Source: a virus
Lineage: Duplodnaviria; Caudoviricetes
Virus record (IMG/VR): IMGVR_UViG_3300042542_003367
Span: 1,028-65,027 of that record
Length of the DNA stretch: 64,000 bases
Reading direction: 5' to 3' (one strand)
Below the pieces are notes generated by a model, which saw only the letters and a list, made by a program, of their open reading frames with translations, was not told the DNA's origin and ran no database searches. Shown piece after piece: positions 46,363 to 56,174 of the stretch. Positions within the stretch are counted from its first letter, which is position 1; every line of letters starts with the position of its first letter. The translations under genes and the position numbers were made by a program.

Positions 46363-46382
46363 AAAGAGAGAGGACATGTTTT

Positions 46383-46889
46383 ATGGCGACTATTTATCCG
46401 AATGCTATTGTAGCGATTGAATTAAATTTTATTAAATTAAATGAGAACGACGACCCCGTTTTTATCCCTCGCAAGTTACAGTTAAGATTTACTGATGGCG
46501 CGTGGTATATGCACCAGATGAAAATGCAGGAGATATTGAAAGAACTCAATCCTGAACTGGACTTAGCCAGCGAGGATGCGAAAGACCGCATGATAATGCC
46601 AGCCATTGAGGAGACTCTGGCTATAGGTATATGGGCGGGTATTCAGTGGATAGAGAAACAGCGTGATATTACCATTGAAGATATTATTAACTGCTTTGAC
46701 AGCGAGATGTTTGAGAATGGTGAAATCAGTGAGTATATGGATGCGGTGACGAAAGCTATGGGATTATCTAATGAGGATGGTACTCCATTATCGCCGGAAG
46801 AAGCGCAAAAAAAAATAGCGAAAATTCTAATGCGGGTAATGATGCAACGTGGAATGACGCAGAAAACTTACTTATCGCTGATGACTTAG
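46383..46889 (+). CDS. Tail assembly chaperone (G-like)
   Basis: Position between tail tube and tape measure; slippery A9 at 46807-46815. Confidence 0.75.
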   Translation: MATIYPNAIVAIELNFIKLNENDDPVFIPRKLQLRFTDGAWYMHQMKMQEILKELNPELDLASEDAKDRMIMPAIEETLAIGIWAGIQWIEKQRDITIEDIINCFDSEMFENGEISEYMDAVTKAMGLSNEDGTPLSPEEAQKKIAKILMRVMMQRGMTQKTYLSLMT

Positions 46890-47185
46890 GTATATCCGAA
46901 GAAGAATATTGGTGGGGTCTTACTCCGGCGCAATTTTTGCGGCGGATTAAGTCTTTTTACAGGGTTCGTAAGAATAGGATGAAGGACATGGCTTGGTTTG
47001 TAGCGGCGATTATGAATAGTAACGGCAGTGATGTTAAGACACTGGATGAGATATTGCCCCCGGGACTGCGGGAGACGGATATGAAGGACGATATTAACAA
47101 GATAAAAGAAGAGGTAGAGTACACTCAAAATTTATTAAAAAATGCGAAAATAGCGAAACCTATTGCAAACAAGGTCGTAAAGTAA
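46383..47185 (+). CDS. Tail assembly chaperone GT-like product via -1 frameshift
   Basis: The -1 frame after A AAA AAA is open to 47185: NSENS...LGISEEEYWWGLTPAQF...DMAWFVAAIMN. Confidence 0.8.
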
Positions 47186-47211
47186 GATAATAAGGTCAGC
47201 GAGGGTATAAG

Positions 47212-50200
47212 ATGAATAATAACGAAGATAGAACTGCGGCAGATGTCACGGCTGGCTTTAATGCTATGGCTGGTGGTTTTGCGATAGCATCGAATATTCG
47301 TGACCAAGAGATGGTTGCAAAACAGGGATATGTTTCGTTTCAAAAGTCTATATCTGCTAACGCTTTTAAGAAGAAACACCCTGATTGGAAAGAAGTTAAA
47401 ACAGGGAATGAATTTCGATTTTATCCGCCTAATTCTGCGCCAACTCAGCGTCCCCCTTACTCTCATCAATGGCAGGGCAAGGATGTTGACAAACAGCAAC
47501 TGGATATAATTAATCGCCGTTCGTTGCAGTTGCATGCAGGGAAGTCTAATGTTGACCCATCTGACACGAATACTCATGCAAGATATGACAGTTTATTAAA
47601 TCGTTTAGACATGCGTGGTGCGGCTATTGAGGTGCGTAGTGGAAATGTAATAGAGCGTCCTGAATTTGAGGGTTCTACTTTATCAGGTTTTACCGAAAGT
47701 AATCGCCAGCAGTTCCCGAAGCCAGCAATTAACGAAAATCTAAAAGGTTTTTTTAGTCCTATTAAATCATCTTTTGATAGACGTAAGAAATTGCCCTTGC
47801 CGAAGGTGCTTGACCCTTCTCGTATATCATGGCAAACGGGTGTGACGCAGAATGATTCAAATAATGTCGATAGGAGTGTTTTAAGAAACACAGATAGTGA
47901 ACATAATCAAAAACGCCGCAGAAATCTTCAAGAACGACGAGAACGTGTACAGGCGCGTTGGAATGAACGTAAAGAAAGAATAAAAAATACACCATCTGTT
48001 GATAATGATACTCCGACACCTGTAACAAAAGTACCAAAGCAACGCACACCCAAAAAGCCGAAAAATGACGATACTGTCCACATGCGCGTAAAAGAAGGTG
48101 GCGGATTATCACTGGCAGTTCAGGGAGTCGTCTTGTGTGGTGCGCCTAATAAACCTCGTTCGGTGAAATATGGTTATATAGAGAATGTTACTTGTCCGAA
48201 GTGCAAGAGTATTTACGAAAAGGAAAATGCTCCTGCTAATAACTTATTTACGAGTAGTACTCCTGCGCTGGAAAATCCGAATGAGAACGTTCCGGTATTA
48301 AATAATCAGACACCTGTTATACCACCAACCAGCAGTAATGTGGGTGGTTCAGGTTCCAGCGGCGGCTCCGGTGGTAGCACTGGTGGTTCAGGCGGTTCTA
48401 CAGGTTCCAGCGGCGGCTCCGGCGGTGGTAGCAGAAAATCTAAAAAGCCGAAAATTATCCATTGTATTAATGACGAACGCGGTGTGCGGTGGTGCGGTCA
48501 GCCTATAGGTGCTGATGATGTGACAGAGATAGCGAAAGCCACCTGTTTGAATTGTCAACGCGCATACGCTAAACACGCGTCGCCATCTCCACGCAAGAGT
48601 AGTTCAGGTGCGCCAGAGGGCGAAGAGCGGATGTCTTATGAAGAAGCCGTATCATACCTGCACAATTCTGCGGCGGATGTCACGTTAAGCAATAAGGGTG
48701 TCAACCCACCTAACGTGGCTAACGTAGGCAAAAATAAGAAGTATGCAGGTCATCGTGGTCTGCCTGACGCACTGACAGCCGAAGCGTCGTTGACATCGTT
48801 CGTTGAAGGTGATTTAGAAAAGATAACAAGGCGCACATATACTGCTGATAAGACAGATATGAAAAAGACTCGTGCGTCAGCGTTGAACGTCGCCCGCGAC
48901 CTGCCAGCGTTAAAGGCGCAAGCCGCTAAGGGCAAAGTTCTCATTGGCAATCTTAAAAAAGAAATGCTGTCTGCTGATGATGAAACAAAGCGGGCGTTAG
49001 AAGCCGTTGTCACTAAGAAGCAGGAAGAACTGGAGTTAGTAAACAACGAAATTATACGTTTAACTGCGGCAGAGAAGGATATAAAAAACGTTTACAAGTC
49101 TGTGGGTACTTCACAGTATCAGAAGCGTATTAATCAAATATCGAATGCAAAGTATGCGGCAGACCCACAGAAGAAGATGGACGCGCTCGTTAAAGAACGC
49201 GATGCGTTGCAGAAAAAGATGCGCACAATGGACGTGTCCGACCCTGCATATCAGTCTGTCCAGAAAGGTGTGGGCTTATATAACACGCAAATAAAAGAAG
49301 CTGAACGTCAGGTGATGATAAAGAAGGCATCTACCGATGTGTCTGCTTTGCATAAAGATATTTCTTACTCTGCTATAACACAAGATAGCAAGTTAGATTT
49401 GACACAAAAACGTATCAAAGAATTTCAGGATTTAAAAGATACAGCACCGAAGGGTGATAAGATGATTGCTTATTACACGAAGGTGTTGCAACTGCTGAAA
49501 GAAGAAGAAAAGCAGTTACAGAAAAATATTAAGTTGGATGAGCAACAGGCGCGAGTTACTATAAAGCAAGTGGCAACTCAAACTCGTCAGGAGACTATCC
49601 CTGAATTAATGCGCAAAGCTAAAGGGGATGCGTTAAAAGAAATCAGTTTGTTGCAAATGGAAATAGCTAAAGAACAAGCTATCGTTGATAATAAAGATTC
49701 TACCTCACGGATGAAGGCTATCGCGGAAGCGAAGGTAAAAGAGTATAAAAACGCTCTTGCCAAGTTAGGCGACCAGACGGTATTACGGGAAGTCAGTAGA
49801 CTACAGGGTATAGCGTCCGGCGATGGCAAACAACATCGCTTAGGTAGTTTGGAAGCTAACCAACAGGCGCAGGCGACATATTTAGCTTTAATATCTGAGT
49901 CAGCGAAATTAAAAGATAGAACAGATTTAGACCCGAAACAGAAAGCGTCTATATCTCACGCTTTGCGAGGATTAGAAGTAGGTGCGTTCTCCGTTATGCG
50001 CGGTACATCTGCTGAATATCTTAATCAGGCGAAGATTAATATGGAGACAGCTAAGGCGAGTAGCCTTGGCGAGATGAAAAAGTTCTTAATGACCTTACGA
50101 CAGGATATGTCTGTTACCCGTGGTCAAATACAGAGTATGCTCGGCAAGCCGGGGGAAAATTTATTACGGTCTCAATTAGCGCAACAGCGTCAGATGGAAC

Positions 50201-53200
50201 GCGAAGCGCGGGATTCAATACGTGAAAATATTTATCGTAGAGTATCCGGCAGAGATAAGGCAGATTTTGATGTTCCGTCTATGGGACGTGCAAAAGCTAA
50301 TCTTTATGCTGAGAATATATCTGAATTCGCTAAAATAGCGGGTCAGGATATACAGGATAGATTCGGCAAGACGTTAGGTATCGTTAATGGTATATCGAAT
50401 GGACTGCTGATGGCGGCGGGCGCGACAGCAATGCTTGCAAGTGAAGCTGTTAAAGCGTCGGCAAAGTTTGAAGCTACCAGAGTAACAATGGGTGCGATAT
50501 TGAAAGATACTGGCGCGGCTAACCAATTAGTCAGCGACATTATGGCGTACTCATTGGAAACCCCCTTCCAGTTTGACCAGTTAGCGGACATGTCGCGGCA
50601 GTTATTAGCATTCGGTTATACAGCGAAAGAAACCATGCCGATGTTAAAGTCTATCGTAGATGCGGTTACTGCTGTCGGTGGAGACCAAGGGAAGCTGAGC
50701 CGTATTATACAGGACTTCGGTAAAATGCGTTCGTCCGGCGTTATTAATGCAAGAGAAATGCTCCAGTTAACGCAAGCAGGTCTGCCAGCGTGGGAGATTC
50801 TGGCGAATAATGAAGAAATGGGATATGGCGGAAATCAGAAGAAGTTGCGCGATGATATGCGTAACCGAAAGGTAGATTCTCGTCAGGCTATCCCTGCTTT
50901 AATTCAGGGATTTCAAGAGCGTTATGGCGGTGTAGCGGAAGAGAGAATGCAGACTACACAGGGTAAGATGGAGAACTTCCAAGAGCGCATAACGTTTGCG
51001 TTTGTAAAATTAGGTGAAGCCTTATTACCGTTCGCTAATGGTTTATTAGAAATTGGCACATGGTTGCTTAATCTTTCTAATTCCCCGGGATTGCGGGCGA
51101 TAGCAACGATAACAGCTAACTTCCTCTTCTGGGGTGGTGCTGTAGGCGGTATTATAGGTAAATTAACGGCGATTGTCCCTGCTTTAGCGGCTATGACTAA
51201 AGGTATCAGTGCTGGTATTATAGCAACGGCTGAAATGGCTGGAATGACCATGACTGAGACAGCGGTAATGCAAGCCAGTATAGCAACTAAAACAGAAGCG
51301 GCATTGATAGAGCAGGGCATACGAAATCAAAAAACGTTGTCTATTATTACTAATCAGGCGTTAACCGCTACTCAGATGGAAGCGGCACTGGTAGAAGCTG
51401 GTCTGACAGCAGAAACAGCGAAAGAGACAGTGGCGACAGCGTTAAATACTCGTGCCACGATAGCAAACACATTGGCGGAAGAGCAGTCTAATATAGCTAA
51501 AGAAAAAGCCATATTGATGCAAAAGAGATTGGCGGCGGCTAACGTGTGGATATTAGCTTTGACTGTTATTGTTACTGCGCTTGTGCTGGTTTGGGATAAA
51601 TGGTTAAAGCAGGATACCAGTGCTGAAAAATCACAGAAGATGCAAAAGAACGCGGAAGAAACAGCGAAGTCTTTTGAGAAACTTAATAATGCTATAGGTA
51701 AAACTATTCGTGATATAGATAATTTAGAAAAGGCACAAACGAAAAATGCTGATTCCACAGCGTTGCTTGCCAGCAGATATAATGATTTGCGGGCGATGTT
51801 ACGCAGTGCCGGAGCAGAAGCTGATAAATTAGCAGATGCCAAAACACCAGAAGCACTCATTAAATTCGCTCGTGAATTTATGTCTTTAAATATTGAAAAA
51901 CAAATAAAGGCATTAGCAGATGCTAAAATGTACGCTGACAGGTCTAAATTAGAAACATCTCTTACTGAGTATAAAGATAATCCTTCTGATATAGGTCGTA
52001 AGATAGTTCAAATATCTAATCGGTCGCTACAACCGTGGTGGACTCGTAAACAGCGTATGGAAGCGGCATCCAATGATATAATGGATACACCATTATTTAA
52101 GAAAATAGTACAAGACAATATGAAGCAGGGTTTAAGTCGTAAGGAAGCCACGAATGAAGCATTTAAGCCATTCGCTAAATATATGGCAGAGTATGAAAGT
52201 GCCACGGGTACTTATGACGAGGTATTGCAGAAGCGGGCTTTGTTACAAGCAGAAATGTATCGCCAGCAGTTAGAAGCGGCAAAAGAAATGGGCATGTCTG
52301 CCGCTGATATGAGTAGTTTATCTACAGCGCAGTCTACTCTGTGGTCTAACGCTGTCGCTTTTGCACAAACCAGTGCTGATGCTTCACAAACTAAACCTAC
52401 GCCATACGAAGCAGGTGCAGTTAAAGACGAGTACATGTCTACACAAGGCACAAAGAGCAACTTCCAAGATATTCTTGGGAAGGCACAAGAGACGAATAAT
52501 AAGTTAAAGACCCTGTATGATATTCGTCGTCAGATGAAAGAAGGTACTTATACTCCGCCGAAGCGATTTGACAAAGATACTGTCGAAGGTCAGATGTGGT
52601 CTAACATCGGTGAAGGTGCGGAAGAAGGTACATTCCAGAAAGCTATCGAAACTGAAATATCTAATTTAGAAACGAAGAAATCTAATATTGACAAAGCATT
52701 AACGGATGCCGCAAACAATATGAATGCCGCATTAGAACGGGATGTAAACGCACAGGTCTCTAATGTTCAGTTAGTGAATATACCGGAGATAGTGCGCAAG
52801 GCAACCACCGAACTGGCGAAGCAGAAACAGGAACTGGTGGCGTTGCAGGGTCAATATAAATTCGATGCACAGGGTAATAAAATAGTGGACATCGGTTTGG
52901 ACGCACAGGTCAAAGTAGTCGAAGCGCAGATAAAGAATAATGAACTGCTGATTAATAAAATGAACGAAGCCCGAAATGCGAAGTTAATGTCGGTCAGCGC
53001 GGATAAAGCAGTAGCGTTCTTTATTAACGAGACGGCTCGTGAGACCGAATTCGGCACGAAAGAATTCGATAAATACGCTTCTGTAGCTGAAAAGATTAAG
53101 TCCCACATGGACGCATTAAAGAATGCAGGGAAGGGAGCGACCGGAGAAATAGCGAAGTTGCGGGAAGAATTCACGAAGTACACTCGCTTATCCGAAGCGT

Positions 53201-54795
53201 TTCAGGCTGATAAAAATGTTAAGAAAGTCGAGCGCGAAACGACTGCGGCAGTTAAGGCGCAGGGGTATATGTCTGTTGATAATGCAACAGGTATTTACAA
53301 CGCGAAGATAGACAAAGTGCAGAAAGACCTGCTGGCGGGGAATATCACTGCTGACGTAGCCAGAGAGCAGATAAAGGTCTTGAATACTGCCCGCGCAAGA
53401 GTAGCGGAAGCTGGTAAACTACAGGAAGATATAATCGCCATGTGGAGAGCCAATGACGACGCTCTTCGTTCTTACGCCGCAGAAGATGCCACTGGTATCC
53501 ATACATCGGCTGTGGATAAAGCACGTGCGCAAGTAGAAGCGTTCAATAAGATACTGCAAAATATGGCGATGCAGGGCAAGGCTAACACCGCAGAATTTAA
53601 ACGCATTCGTGCTGAGCGCGATAAAGCACTGGCTACCGTAGTCGGCAGAACGACTGAAAAAGAAAAGATAGACTTGCAGTTTGAAGAAAACAAACAGCGT
53701 ATGACTGACACAGAAAAAGTTGCATCCGCTCAGTTAAGTGTGTGGACAGCTAATCAGTCACCGACCAATACTATTGATGACCGTCTGGCGAAAAAGAAAG
53801 CGCAGAAAGACTTGGAACTGGCAATGGCAGAAATGTCTAACAACCAGAAAATAATGCAGAAGCGCAAAGAAATGCAGAAGCAGATAGAGGACTTACGCAA
53901 GGGCGGAGCGGCAGAGGACGATATTAATAGAGTTAAGGAAGCGTTTGATATATGGAAAGCTAAGGAAGATGAGAAGCTGGCGTATCTGCGTATGACTAAA
54001 GAGCGACAGTTCATGGTAGAAGAAGCGTATGCCAATCGCATGAAACGACTGCGCGAGCAGGATTCTATCGACGCACTGGCGCGTATATTCGGTATGTCAG
54101 CGGAACAGACGAAGTGGATGAAACGCGGGCGCGAGTTGGGCGACGTTACTCCACAGGATAGACAGATGGCTCGTATCTTTGGTAAGAAACCAGAGGGCGA
54201 AGGCATGGAGACGTTATTTGGGAAACGACTACCGAACTTGATGCCGATAGCGCAAGCTACGCAGGTGCAGGGCATGATGAGTAATTATAGCTTTAAAGGT
54301 TATCAACCAGAAGGCTATGACCGCTATAACAGCAATGTGGATGTGTCCGGAGTGTTCAATGGTAAGCAGGTTAATAATCCACAAGTTAGTGTACTGATTA
54401 AGTCTATAGATTCGCTTACTGATGCGATTACAGGCTCAGTTTCACTTTCACTTCCGGGATTACCGAATAATTTCGGTGCGCCTGTTACTGAGTTAGTGCC
54501 AACTCCGGGTTTGCCACACCCTGATTCTTTAATGGGTCAGGCAGTTAAGATGGCATCCAGTGGTCAGCAGTTGAACTCTATGTCATCTGTGATTAATGAA
54601 GTAATTAGTGGTTCGCCTACCGCTTTAGGAAATAAACAGTCTACCATTGTACGCGGGTTGCCAGCTTCTCCATTAACAGGTAAGTCCGGCACACGCGGTG
54701 GTCACGATATTAAGTTAGTGTTGTCTGGATTGGGTGAGCGTCTGTTTAAGGTGCTGGAGTCAATCGACAACCCGGGCGGCACAGGTAGATACTAA
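47212..54795 (+). CDS. Tape measure protein (2527 aa) with atypical N-terminal region
   Basis: Tape-measure domain FEATRV...ETPFQFDQL..RQLLAFG...QT.QG...NFQE near 50460-51030; hydrophobic segments; long helical repeats. Confidence 0.88.
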   Translation: MNNNEDRTAADVTAGFNAMAGGFAIASNIRDQEMVAKQGYVSFQKSISANAFKKKHPDWKEVKTGNEFRFYPPNSAPTQRPPYSHQWQGKDVDKQQLDIINRRSLQLHAGKSNVDPSDTNTHARYDSLLNRLDMRGAAIEVRSGNVIERPEFEGSTLSGFTESNRQQFPKPAINENLKGFFSPIKSSFDRRKKLPLPKVLDPSRISWQTGVTQNDSNNVDRSVLRNTDSEHNQKRRRNLQERRERVQARWNERKERIKNTPSVDNDTPTPVTKVPKQRTPKKPKNDDTVHMRVKEGGGLSLAVQGVVLCGAPNKPRSVKYGYIENVTCPKCKSIYEKENAPANNLFTSSTPALENPNENVPVLNNQTPVIPPTSSNVGGSGSSGGSGGSTGGSGGSTGSSGGSGGGSRKSKKPKIIHCINDERGVRWCGQPIGADDVTEIAKATCLNCQRAYAKHASPSPRKSSSGAPEGEERMSYEEAVSYLHNSAADVTLSNKGVNPPNVANVGKNKKYAGHRGLPDALTAEASLTSFVEGDLEKITRRTYTADKTDMKKTRASALNVARDLPALKAQAAKGKVLIGNLKKEMLSADDETKRALEAVVTKKQEELELVNNEIIRLTAAEKDIKNVYKSVGTSQYQKRINQISNAKYAADPQKKMDALVKERDALQKKMRTMDVSDPAYQSVQKGVGLYNTQIKEAERQVMIKKASTDVSALHKDISYSAITQDSKLDLTQKRIKEFQDLKDTAPKGDKMIAYYTKVLQLLKEEEKQLQKNIKLDEQQARVTIKQVATQTRQETIPELMRKAKGDALKEISLLQMEIAKEQAIVDNKDSTSRMKAIAEAKVKEYKNALAKLGDQTVLREVSRLQGIASGDGKQHRLGSLEANQQAQATYLALISESAKLKDRTDLDPKQKASISHALRGLEVGAFSVMRGTSAEYLNQAKINMETAKASSLGEMKKFLMTLRQDMSVTRGQIQSMLGKPGENLLRSQLAQQRQMEREARDSIRENIYRRVSGRDKADFDVPSMGRAKANLYAENISEFAKIAGQDIQDRFGKTLGIVNGISNGLLMAAGATAMLASEAVKASAKFEATRVTMGAILKDTGAANQLVSDIMAYSLETPFQFDQLADMSRQLLAFGYTAKETMPMLKSIVDAVTAVGGDQGKLSRIIQDFGKMRSSGVINAREMLQLTQAGLPAWEILANNEEMGYGGNQKKLRDDMRNRKVDSRQAIPALIQGFQERYGGVAEERMQTTQGKMENFQERITFAFVKLGEALLPFANGLLEIGTWLLNLSNSPGLRAIATITANFLFWGGAVGGIIGKLTAIVPALAAMTKGISAGIIATAEMAGMTMTETAVMQASIATKTEAALIEQGIRNQKTLSIITNQALTATQMEAALVEAGLTAETAKETVATALNTRATIANTLAEEQSNIAKEKAILMQKRLAAANVWILALTVIVTALVLVWDKWLKQDTSAEKSQKMQKNAEETAKSFEKLNNAIGKTIRDIDNLEKAQTKNADSTALLASRYNDLRAMLRSAGAEADKLADAKTPEALIKFAREFMSLNIEKQIKALADAKMYADRSKLETSLTEYKDNPSDIGRKIVQISNRSLQPWWTRKQRMEAASNDIMDTPLFKKIVQDNMKQGLSRKEATNEAFKPFAKYMAEYESATGTYDEVLQKRALLQAEMYRQQLEAAKEMGMSAADMSSLSTAQSTLWSNAVAFAQTSADASQTKPTPYEAGAVKDEYMSTQGTKSNFQDILGKAQETNNKLKTLYDIRRQMKEGTYTPPKRFDKDTVEGQMWSNIGEGAEEGTFQKAIETEISNLETKKSNIDKALTDAANNMNAALERDVNAQVSNVQLVNIPEIVRKATTELAKQKQELVALQGQYKFDAQGNKIVDIGLDAQVKVVEAQIKNNELLINKMNEARNAKLMSVSADKAVAFFINETARETEFGTKEFDKYASVAEKIKSHMDALKNAGKGATGEIAKLREEFTKYTRLSEAFQADKNVKKVERETTAAVKAQGYMSVDNATGIYNAKIDKVQKDLLAGNITADVAREQIKVLNTARARVAEAGKLQEDIIAMWRANDDALRSYAAEDATGIHTSAVDKARAQVEAFNKILQNMAMQGKANTAEFKRIRAERDKALATVVGRTTEKEKIDLQFEENKQRMTDTEKVASAQLSVWTANQSPTNTIDDRLAKKKAQKDLELAMAEMSNNQKIMQKRKEMQKQIEDLRKGGAAEDDINRVKEAFDIWKAKEDEKLAYLRMTKERQFMVEEAYANRMKRLREQDSIDALARIFGMSAEQTKWMKRGRELGDVTPQDRQMARIFGKKPEGEGMETLFGKRLPNLMPIAQATQVQGMMSNYSFKGYQPEGYDRYNSNVDVSGVFNGKQVNNPQVSVLIKSIDSLTDAITGSVSLSLPGLPNNFGAPVTELVPTPGLPHPDSLMGQAVKMASSGQQLNSMSSVINEVISGSPTALGNKQSTIVRGLPASPLTGKSGTRGGHDIKLVLSGLGERLFKVLESIDNPGGTGRY

Positions 54796-54848
54796 ACTGT
54801 ATTTACAAGACATAGAGAATATGGTATGGTATAATCAGAGGTGAAGAT

Positions 54849-56174
54849 ATGCGTACCATATTTCTCTTGTTATTTTTAATCTTAAATGGGGTAATGGCAA
54901 TGGCTTTGACACCAGCGATGATATATTATTTTGGCACAGATTTAAAATTTATTGATTATGATGGTAACATTGTAAAATCAATAACTTTACCTGCATCTGC
55001 TGGTACTCCTGAGTATGCTACTCCTAATCGTATAGCATATAATAATACAGTAAAAGAATTGTACATGGCAAAAGATACCACAGGTATATACGTTATAGAT
55101 TCTAAAGGGGTGATAAAATCTACTTTAGTATCTACTACTAAAATTAACTGTTTGTCTTATGATGATAAAAATAATTATATATGGGCTATTGTGGATAATT
55201 ATGGTGGCACTAATACAGGGAGATATTTAAGTAAAATAAGTACTACTGGTACTATTATCGGTACGTATGATTTAGGTAATGAGGGGTATAACGATATTAT
55301 AGCAGGGCAACAGGGCGGTATTTGGGTCTCAGGATATGTGAATGGTAATTATGAACGTATTTTAAAGATTTCACAAAGCGGTACTATTACAGGTCAGAGC
55401 GATTTATTAGTAACGGCGAATAAAAATGTAAAATATTTTCGGCGCGGGGCATTAAATGATTTAATTACATTATATGGCATTTCTACTTATGCTAATAATA
55501 AATTTAGTATTGTGTATTGGGACGACACTAATTCTGGAAATAGCTTGTCTGCATGGGAACTTGATTATGTATCTCAGGGAATTCTTTTTTCAGATAGATA
55601 CACTTTAGACAATACTGAAACTATATTTGTCCCCGGTGGTGCTACTGGCGGTGACGTTTTTTTATACCGTATAGATATTAATAATGATGCAGTAACATCT
55701 CTAAATCTTACCGACCTATATGGCGATAATATAACTCCTCGCGGCATGGCGACAGATAAGGATAATAATATATGGTGGACTACATCAGAAGATGGATTAA
55801 TTAATTACTCTAATGATATTGTGACACAGTTGCATATTATTCCCGATATAGGTTATGGTTTTTTAGTCGATGGTTACGTAGATATATCATTAACTGTCAT
55901 GGGTAAATTGACCAATATTTTTAAAACAGAATTTTACGTCAAACACGCTGGCGCAGGTCTATATGAGTGCTACGAATATCAGCCAGTATTCCCGCGTAGT
56001 GCTGATGGCACGTTAGCAACTGCGGCGGTGAAGGTCGGTGAGTTCACTATAGCAGGTATTACTGCTCCATCGTCTATAATGTTGCAGAATGATGCGAAGG
56101 GGTTCATGACCTGTATTATAGATGAGACCACGAAAAGGTACAGCAAAAACTTCGGAAGGACGTGGACAGCATGA
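54849..56174 (+). CDS. Beta-propeller-like protein with possible signal peptide
   Basis: Repeated D..G.I / D..NNIW blades; Asp-box-like SKNFGRTW; MRTIFLLLFLILNGVMAMA N-terminus; TGGTATAAT upstream. Confidence 0.65.
   Translation: MRTIFLLLFLILNGVMAMALTPAMIYYFGTDLKFIDYDGNIVKSITLPASAGTPEYATPNRIAYNNTVKELYMAKDTTGIYVIDSKGVIKSTLVSTTKINCLSYDDKNNYIWAIVDNYGGTNTGRYLSKISTTGTIIGTYDLGNEGYNDIIAGQQGGIWVSGYVNGNYERILKISQSGTITGQSDLLVTANKNVKYFRRGALNDLITLYGISTYANNKFSIVYWDDTNSGNSLSAWELDYVSQGILFSDRYTLDNTETIFVPGGATGGDVFLYRIDINNDAVTSLNLTDLYGDNITPRGMATDKDNNIWWTTSEDGLINYSNDIVTQLHIIPDIGYGFLVDGYVDISLTVMGKLTNIFKTEFYVKHAGAGLYECYEYQPVFPRSADGTLATAAVKVGEFTIAGITAPSSIMLQNDAKGFMTCIIDETTKRYSKNFGRTWTA

Noticed and set aside
48340-48432. 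Tandem DNA repeat (caggttccagcggcggctccgg twice)
   Set aside because: Explained by the Gly/Ser linker coding sequence of the tape measure.
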